NCBI GenBank assembly: GCA_038065255.1
Contig: JBBTRI010000010.1
Span: 59,762 to 123,761 of the forward strand
Source: Patescibacteria group bacterium
GTDB lineage: Bacteria; Patescibacteriota; Patescibacteriia; JACQRZ01
Direction of reading: 5' to 3'
Length of the DNA: 64,000 bases
Shown here piece after piece: positions 58,877 to 64,000 of the stretch. The notes below the pieces were generated by a model that saw only the letters and a program-made list of their open reading frames with translations, searched no databases and had not been told where the DNA came from. Position 1 is the first letter of the stretch. Each line of letters begins with the position of its first letter. The position numbers were made by a program, and so were the translations under genes.

Positions 58877-58893
58877 CACAAAATACATTTTTC

Positions 58894-58964
58894 CTGCCGG
58901 GGAAGGAATCGAACCCTCATTCACAGGTTCAAAGCCTGCTGTCCTGCCATTAGACGACCCGGCA
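58894..58964 (-). tRNA. tRNA-Gln (anticodon UUG)
   Basis: Hand-folded: acceptor TGCCGGG/CCCGGCA. D-arm GTCT-AATGGCA-GGAC. Anticodon arm GCAGG-CTTTGAA-CCTGT (U33, UUG, A37). T-arm GAGGG-TTCGATT-CCTTC. Discriminator G. No encoded CCA. 71 nt. Confidence 0.85.
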
Positions 58965-59657
58965 ATAATAATTACCAATTGCTCGTATCCAACCCTCAAT
59001 CCTTCTATAGAGATCTGTGCTCTTAGTCACTCTCATGCAAATAAGTCCATAATAACTCTTTCCTATATTATGTCTAGTAGTTTTGATTTTATTTGTTTTA
59101 AAGTATATGTGTGTTAATTTTGAGAGTGGAACCTTCAGTATTCTTGACCAATATCTTGTCACTTTTTTTAGGGAGTAATAGCTTGATTTGTGAATATAAA
59201 TCTCGTAGTTCAATCGATCTTCATTAATCATAAAAACTTCTTTAAGCCAATACTGAAACAGTCTTAACATATGAGGATCTGAATTTGAGAATTTAATTCC
59301 GCACGTTGGACGATATTCTTTTGCCTTAGATCCTTCAGCCCAGTAAAGCATAATTCCCATTAACCATAAATCTTTTTTCGATAGATCTGTTATATCACTC
59401 GCAGCTTCATCAAATATAGCCTGTGTACGTACTATCCTTTCATTTTTTCTTTTTATTCCACCTCTTCGTCCTGCTTCAAGTTTCTTTTGAGTAAGTCTTT
59501 GTTTCTGTGGTTTAGATAAGTGCACTTCTTTAAGCCATAGCGATAATGTAGATTTTGCAACAGGAACGATTTTAACAATATCCCGCAAGGACATTCCTTT
59601 CTTTCTTAAGCGTAGTGCTTGATTTCTTTCTTCGATCTTTAAAATCATAAAAACCAC
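58950..59657 (-). CDS. HTH-domain protein with a LAGLIDADG-like segment; possible homing-endonuclease/transposase-derived ORF
   Basis: N-terminal HTH (NQALRLRKKGMSLRDIVKIVPVAKSTLSLWLKEV) resembles IS630/resolvase-type HTH. LWLMGIMLYWAEGSK loosely resembles a LAGLIDADG block. The region is AT-rich. The stop overlaps the tRNA-Gln 5' end. Confidence 0.4.
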   Translation of the reverse strand: MVFMILKIEERNQALRLRKKGMSLRDIVKIVPVAKSTLSLWLKEVHLSKPQKQRLTQKKLEAGRRGGIKRKNERIVRTQAIFDEAASDITDLSKKDLWLMGIMLYWAEGSKAKEYRPTCGIKFSNSDPHMLRLFQYWLKEVFMINEDRLNYEIYIHKSSYYSLKKVTRYWSRILKVPLSKLTHIYFKTNKIKTTRHNIGKSYYGLICMRVTKSTDLYRRIEGWIRAIGNYYCRVV

Positions 59658-59710
59658 GATACATACCTATAGAATACCTTATCGTGGTTTTGTTGTCAAT
59701 TAACTCAGAA

Positions 59711-60631
59711 TTACACCTTCAGATACCGGCCAATGGCGATAGAGGAACTCATAACACTTAAAATAAATGCTGCCAACAACTCGGTTCCGAAGATCGTGGT
59801 GAAATTGTTACTGAAATAGCCGATGACGTCAAGTGCTTGGCCGTCGAAGAATTTTGAGACATAGGGCTGGGACGCGCCGAGTATTGGATAGAGTATAACA
59901 ATTGTAAGCGCAATGGAAATAACACTATAAAGAAGACTTTCGACAATCAATGGTGCTCGAATAAACCAATTTGTTGCACCGACAAGCTTCATGATGCCTA
60001 TTTCGCGCTTACGTGTATAGATTGTCATGCGTATCGTGTTGAAAATAATCAGAATGACAACAAATGCAAAAAAAGCATTTACGGCTATCCCAGCGCGCAC
60101 AATATTATCTTTTACCGATTTGATCTTTTCTATAAGCGCCTGCCGATCATCCATCGTCTGATTCTCAATAAATGTCGCATACTCATCTGCTTTCAGTACT
60201 TCCTGAATGGCTGCGTAGTTACTCACATCTCCTGCCTGTATGACAAGGTTACCGCTCAGAGGGTTGGTATCAAGTTCCTTGAGCGTATCCTGAATAAGCG
60301 TATTACCCTGTTGAGAAAACTTATTTTTCAACTGATCAAGTGCCTGGTCTTTGGTAACATATGTAACACCAGAAACATTTGGCATTGCCTGGAGTCGCGC
60401 TGCAAGTGCCTGAATATCGCTGTCTTGAGCAGTTGGTTTAAAAAAGATGGTTAAATTTACTCGCGCTTCAATTGCATCAAGGGCTGTATCAAAAAAAACA
60501 TTTGCCAGCAAGAAAAAATTAACAGATAAAAATGCTAACGTCATGACGGTAATCGTCACGGTGGAAAGCCATAGATTCCTCCAAAAATTCTGGAATGCAA
60601 AGCGAATGATACGAATGGGTTTGACAAGCAT
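59711..60631 (-). CDS. ftsX: Cell-division ABC transporter permease FtsX
   Basis: 306 aa. N-terminal TM, large periplasmic loop, three C-terminal TM. Downstream of ftsE. Confidence 0.85.
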   Translation of the reverse strand: MLVKPIRIIRFAFQNFWRNLWLSTVTITVMTLAFLSVNFFLLANVFFDTALDAIEARVNLTIFFKPTAQDSDIQALAARLQAMPNVSGVTYVTKDQALDQLKNKFSQQGNTLIQDTLKELDTNPLSGNLVIQAGDVSNYAAIQEVLKADEYATFIENQTMDDRQALIEKIKSVKDNIVRAGIAVNAFFAFVVILIIFNTIRMTIYTRKREIGIMKLVGATNWFIRAPLIVESLLYSVISIALTIVILYPILGASQPYVSKFFDGQALDVIGYFSNNFTTIFGTELLAAFILSVMSSSIAIGRYLKV

Positions 60632-60634
60632 AGG

Positions 60635-61315
60635 TTAAATGAAATATTTGCCGCCTTCGCGGTCAGAAACAACGCGGCCGTCTTTAATGGATATGACGCG
60701 TTTTTTGAGCATATTTACTACGTCCTTGTTGTGCGTAACAAACACAAGAGTCGTTCCAAGATCATTAATTTTCACAAGCACATCCACAATCCCCCGACTT
60801 GTGAGCGCATCGAGATCGCCAGTTGGCTCATCGGCAATGAGAATATGGGGCCGGTGCACAAGCGCCCGTGCAATGGCAACGCGTTGCTGTTCGCCACCGG
60901 AAAGATGGCGCGGGTATCGACCCTCTTTACCTTCCAATCCAACAATACTAATGACCTGCGGAACAACTGATCGTATAGATGTTCCCGATTCACCACAGAC
61001 TTCAAGAGCAAATGCAATATTTTCGTAAACCGTTTTTTGTTCAAGGAGTTTAAAATCCTGATATACAACACCAATCTGTCTGCGCAATGAGGGAATTTTA
61101 TAGCTTGGAAGCTTTGATACCATAAGTCCATTTACTTCGACTGTGCCAGAGCTCGGACGCTCCTCAGCGGTAATAAGTCGGACGATGGTGCTCTTGCCTG
61201 CTCCGCTCTTTCCAACCAAAAAAACAAATTCGCCTGGTTCAATTCGAAGAGAGAGGTCTTCTAGAACAGTGATATTCGGTTGATAGATTTTAGTAACCGT
61301 CTCAAGGGTAATCAT
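60635..61315 (-). CDS. ftsE: Cell-division ATP-binding protein FtsE
   Basis: Walker [12 protein letters not shown]. Signature [15 protein letters not shown]. Walker [13 protein letters not shown]. 226 aa. Confidence 0.9.
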   Translation of the reverse strand: MITLETVTKIYQPNITVLEDLSLRIEPGEFVFLVGKSGAGKSTIVRLITAEERPSSGTVEVNGLMVSKLPSYKIPSLRRQIGVVYQDFKLLEQKTVYENIAFALEVCGESGTSIRSVVPQVISIVGLEGKEGRYPRHLSGGEQQRVAIARALVHRPHILIADEPTGDLDALTSRGIVDVLVKINDLGTTLVFVTHNKDVVNMLKKRVISIKDGRVVSDREGGKYFI

Positions 61316-61373
61316 AAAGATAGTATACCCGATGCAAGAAATAGGAGCAATATACCAAAGACAAAATTATATC

Positions 61374-61402
61374 TTGTATCTTTTAACAGGAGTCCCTATA
61401 CT
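61374..61402 (+). promoter_or_regulatory. Candidate promoter for tRNA-Gly (TTGTAT-17-TATACT)
   Basis: TTGTAT at 61374-61379, 17-nt spacer, TATACT at 61397-61402. It lies 16 nt upstream of the tRNA 5' end. Confidence 0.4.
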
Positions 61403-61417
61403 GACAACGTATTATGC

Positions 61418-61488
61418 GCGGGTGTAGTACAATGGCAGTATGTGTGCTTCCCAAGCACAAGACGTGGGTCCGATTCCCATCACCCGCT
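61418..61488 (+). tRNA. tRNA-Gly (anticodon CCC)
   Basis: Hand-folded: acceptor GCGGGTG/CACCCGC. D-arm GTAC-AATGGCA-GTAT. Anticodon arm TGTGC-TTCCCAA-GCACA (U33, CCC, A37). T-arm GTGGG-TCCGATT-CCCAT. Discriminator U. 71 nt. Confidence 0.85.
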
Positions 61489-61528
61489 GTGAAGCAAAAA
61501 CACTCAATCGAAAGATTGGGTGTTTTTG

Positions 61529-63232
61529 TTATGTTCTATCCTTATTCCTACATGCAGCATCAACAAAACCAATAAACAGTGGGTGGGGATTCAAAAAACT
61601 TCCAGTGAATTCCGGATGAAACTGTGTTCCAATAAAAAACGGATGCACATCTTGCGGTAGCTCCATAATCTCCATTAACACTTTATCTTCAGATGTGCCA
61701 GAAAAAAGAATGCCGGCGTTTTCAAATCTGCTGATGTATTGCGGATTGACTTCATAGCGATGGCGATGACGTTCTTTAATGATATGATTCTGCCTCACAC
61801 TCTTATCTATCCACCGGCCCTCTTTGGCACTTGAATATAATCTATAAGCAAGACTTGCTGTTTTGAGATGCGCAAGATACGAACCGAGACGCATAGTACC
61901 GCCATAACGGTTTTGGCGAATAAGAACGGCTTGATCCGGCATAATATCCACAACCGGATAGGGTGTTTTTTTGGATACTTCTGTTGTATGAGCACCTTCG
62001 AGATTCATCTCACTTCGTGCATATTCGATAAGCGCAAGCTGCATGCCATAACAGATTCCAAAATAGGGTATCTTTTCCTTACGAGCATATCGAATGCCGC
62101 ACATAATACCTTCAATACCCCTACTGCCAAATCCTCCCGGTACAAGCACTCCATCATAAGCCTTTAGCTCACTGACTGACGATGGATTTTTTTCGAATTT
62201 TTGCGAATCGATCCACTCTATTTGAATGCCGCATCCCAGCTGATACGATGCATGCTTAAGGGATTCTATGATAGATATGTAGACGTCAGAGAGAACATAA
62301 TCCCCTGTTTTAAAATACTTACCAATCATAGCGATACGGACTTTTTTTTCTGTTTTTTTTGCCCGCTCAACAATCCGCTTCCATCCCGAAAGATCTGATT
62401 GTTTTTGTGATCGCAAGCGCAGGGTTCGTATAAGAATATCTGTCAATCCATCATGATCAAAATTTAAAGGAACTTCATAAATATTTGGAACGTCAGGCGC
62501 TGAGATAATATTCTTATGAGGAATACTGCACATATCCCCAATTTTCATTTTACGCTTATCGTCGAGCGGATAGGAACCGCGCGCAATGATAATATCAGGA
62601 TGCACACCATAAGAATTGAGGGTATGGACCGCATTCTGCGTTGGCTTTGTTTTCATTTCTCCGATTGTTCCGGGTATTGGCAAGTAGCTGACGAGTGCAA
62701 AAAGCACATCATTCGCATGCTTAAGTTTCATAATTCTTGCAGCTTCGATAAAGATAGCATTCTGATATTCGCCCACCGTGCCGCCAATTTCGACAATAGT
62801 CACATCAGCATGCGTAAGTTCCGCGGAAGCATAAATTCGATTGATAATTTCCTGTGAAATATGAAATGTTGGTTCTACGCATGCGCCTCCATACCCAAGA
62901 TTCCGTTCTCGATCAATTACTGTTTTAAAAATCATGCCATTAGTCATGTAATTTTCCAGAGGAATTTCAATATCCAAAAAACGTTCATAATTCCCCATGT
63001 CTTGATCGCACTCAAGACCGGATGAAAGCACAAAGACTTCCCCGTGTTCTATTGGGTTCATAGTACCAGCATCAACATTCAAATACGGATCAATTTTGAT
63101 GGAGCTTACTGCAAGACCTCGCGATTGAAGAATCTTGGCAATTGAAGCAGAAGCGACACCCTTGCCCACTCCCGACATAACACCGCCAATAACAAATATG
63201 AACTTATGGCGTTTCGCTTTTTGCTGAGCCAT
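61529..63232 (-). CDS. pyrG: CTP synthase
   Basis: N-terminus KFIFVIGGVMSGVGKGVASASIAKIL. C-terminal glutamine amidotransferase domain (GICYGMQ). 567 aa. Confidence 0.9.
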   Translation of the reverse strand: MAQQKAKRHKFIFVIGGVMSGVGKGVASASIAKILQSRGLAVSSIKIDPYLNVDAGTMNPIEHGEVFVLSSGLECDQDMGNYERFLDIEIPLENYMTNGMIFKTVIDRERNLGYGGACVEPTFHISQEIINRIYASAELTHADVTIVEIGGTVGEYQNAIFIEAARIMKLKHANDVLFALVSYLPIPGTIGEMKTKPTQNAVHTLNSYGVHPDIIIARGSYPLDDKRKMKIGDMCSIPHKNIISAPDVPNIYEVPLNFDHDGLTDILIRTLRLRSQKQSDLSGWKRIVERAKKTEKKVRIAMIGKYFKTGDYVLSDVYISIIESLKHASYQLGCGIQIEWIDSQKFEKNPSSVSELKAYDGVLVPGGFGSRGIEGIMCGIRYARKEKIPYFGICYGMQLALIEYARSEMNLEGAHTTEVSKKTPYPVVDIMPDQAVLIRQNRYGGTMRLGSYLAHLKTASLAYRLYSSAKEGRWIDKSVRQNHIIKERHRHRYEVNPQYISRFENAGILFSGTSEDKVLMEIMELPQDVHPFFIGTQFHPEFTGSFLNPHPLFIGFVDAACRNKDRT

Positions 63233-63240
63233 AGATTGCT

Positions 63241-63495
63241 TTATGATTGGAATTGTGGAAGGCCTTTTTCTGCAAGAAATGCCACAACAGCATCTGCATC
63301 CGTATCTGCCAGAATATCACCGTCAACATCGAGAGTCGGAGCCTTTTCCTGTCCGGACTTATCTCTCATTTCCTGATAATACTTCTCATTACTTAGTACT
63401 TCTCTCTCTTCAAATGGAACACCTTTTGACTGCAGAAGCTCAAGAACCTCTTCACACCAAGGGCACCCCCGTTTTGTATAGACAATAATGTTCAT
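63241..63495 (-). CDS. Glutaredoxin-like protein (CPWC active site), NrdH/Grx family
   Basis: MNIIVYTKRGCPWCEEVLELLQSKGVPFEEREV. 84 aa. The ORF-track ORF 63241..63807 over-extends across tRNA-Thr, so the start was taken at the internal Met at 63495. Confidence 0.7.
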   Translation of the reverse strand: MNIIVYTKRGCPWCEEVLELLQSKGVPFEEREVLSNEKYYQEMRDKSGQEKAPTLDVDGDILADTDADAVVAFLAEKGLPQFQS

Positions 63496-63578
63496 ATAAC
63501 GTATACTGCAAAAGTTATTAACAGAAACATTGTACAGACAGATTAGCACGACAGGCTCGATCGAGCAAAAAAGTATAT

Positions 63579-63651
63579 GCCAGCGTAGCTCAGTTGGTAG
63601 AGCAATGCTTTCGTAAAGCAGAGGTCGTGGGTTCGAATCCCACCGCTGGCT
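63579..63651 (+). tRNA. tRNA-Thr (anticodon CGU)
   Basis: Hand-folded: acceptor GCCAGCG/CGCTGGC. D-arm GCTC-AGTTGGTA-GAGC. Anticodon arm ATGCT-TTCGTAA-AGCAG (U33, CGU, A37). T-arm GTGGG-TTCGAAT-CCCAC. Discriminator U. 73 nt. Confidence 0.85.
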
Positions 63652-63785
63652 TTGAAAAAGTTTGAAAAGACTGCGAGTAATAGAACTGCTTCTATTGCGT
63701 GTGGGATGAGAAGACCGCAGCGATATTTTGCCAGAAGGCAAAATCGCGAGGGGCGGCCTGCGACCAAGGTGAGCGACGGCGAACC

Positions 63786-63846
63786 GAGAGTTGTAGGCGA
63801 ATCCCACCGCTGGCTTTGAAAAAGTTTGAGAAGACCGCAGCGATGA
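63786..63846 (+). repeat. Direct repeat of the tRNA-Thr 3' end plus ~30 nt of downstream flank (att-like partial tRNA duplication)
   Basis: GAATCCCACCGCTGGCTTTGAAAAAGTTTGA occurs at 63635-63665 and again at 63799-63829. The upstream T-arm portion is degenerate in the second copy (GTAGGCGAATCCC versus GTGGGTTCGAATCCC). GAGAAGACCGCAGCGAT also occurs twice (63707-63723 and 63829-63845). Confidence 0.5.
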
Positions 63847-64000
63847 TTTTCTTAATCACCGAAAAAGTATTTCCACCATTCTACTCGGATGGAACGATCT
63901 GGCGAATTTTGACCGTAAATCAACGAAGGGTTTTTTTCCTCAGAAGGCTCGCTATCTTTTTTAAATGGAGAAGTTTTAGAATTATTTTGCAAAATGACCA

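Noticed and set aside
63241-63807. 188-aa minus-strand ORF spanning tRNA-Thr
   Set aside because: Its N-terminal 104 codons run antisense through tRNA-Thr and the intergenic spacer. Only the C-terminal 84 codons (from the Met at 63495) form a coherent CPWC glutaredoxin-like protein, so the shorter call was adopted.
63729-63824. Possible second tRNA gene (GCCAGAA...CGCTGGCT)
   Set aside because: Only the 3' acceptor and T-stem fragment resembles tRNA-Thr. There is no D-arm or anticodon arm, the T-loop is degenerate (GCGAATC) and the 5' acceptor pairs at 5 of 7 positions. It was interpreted as a partial duplication or att-like scar, not a functional tRNA.

Overview
This is a gene-dense window of about 70 coding genes, 3 tRNAs, no rRNA and no CRISPR, and it reads consistently in the standard genetic code (uninterrupted 675-aa gyrB and 1067-aa dnaE). 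Most genes are housekeeping. The translation and tRNA-modification set includes rpsB (partial, at the left edge), rpmE, prfA, prmC, rplY, the secE-nusG-rplK-rplA cluster, gatB, miaA, miaB, thrS and lysS. The replication, transcription and repair set is gyrB, dnaE, greA, nth and ybaB. The cell-envelope and division set is FtsW/RodA, PBP2, MreD-like, FtsQ-like, FtsE, FtsX and a PBP5-type D-Ala-D-Ala carboxypeptidase fused to an RlpA-like domain. The window ends with pyrG, a glutaredoxin-like protein and tRNA-Gln(UUG), tRNA-Gly(CCC) and tRNA-Thr(CGU). Seventeen genes run on the minus strand from 39608 down to 20522, with gaps or overlaps of 2 to 120 nt. That packing, the small proteins and the many membrane-anchored or secreted proteins of unknown function suggest a streamlined small-genome bacterium, possibly Patescibacteria/CPR-like (inference only). 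The accessory regions most worth a second look are: (1) a minus-strand operon at 49.2-55.0 kb encoding an 824-aa secreted protein made of six tandem two-cysteine domains with a Ser/Thr-rich tail, a 642-aa polytopic GT-C-like membrane protein, a 17-Cys secreted protein and an unknown protein, which is a candidate surface glycoprotein plus dedicated glycosyltransferase system; (2) two large surface proteins at 9.6-13.6 kb; (3) a lone 488-aa unknown protein driven by a perfect extended -10 sigma70 promoter flanked by GCGCGCATT palindromes; (4) tandem CoaE-like kinase paralogs; (5) an HTH/LAGLIDADG-like ORF abutting tRNA-Gln in an AT-rich patch; (6) a duplicated tRNA-Thr 3' end downstream of the intact tRNA, resembling an att scar. 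All calls are from reading the sequence and from motif recognition; no database search was run.
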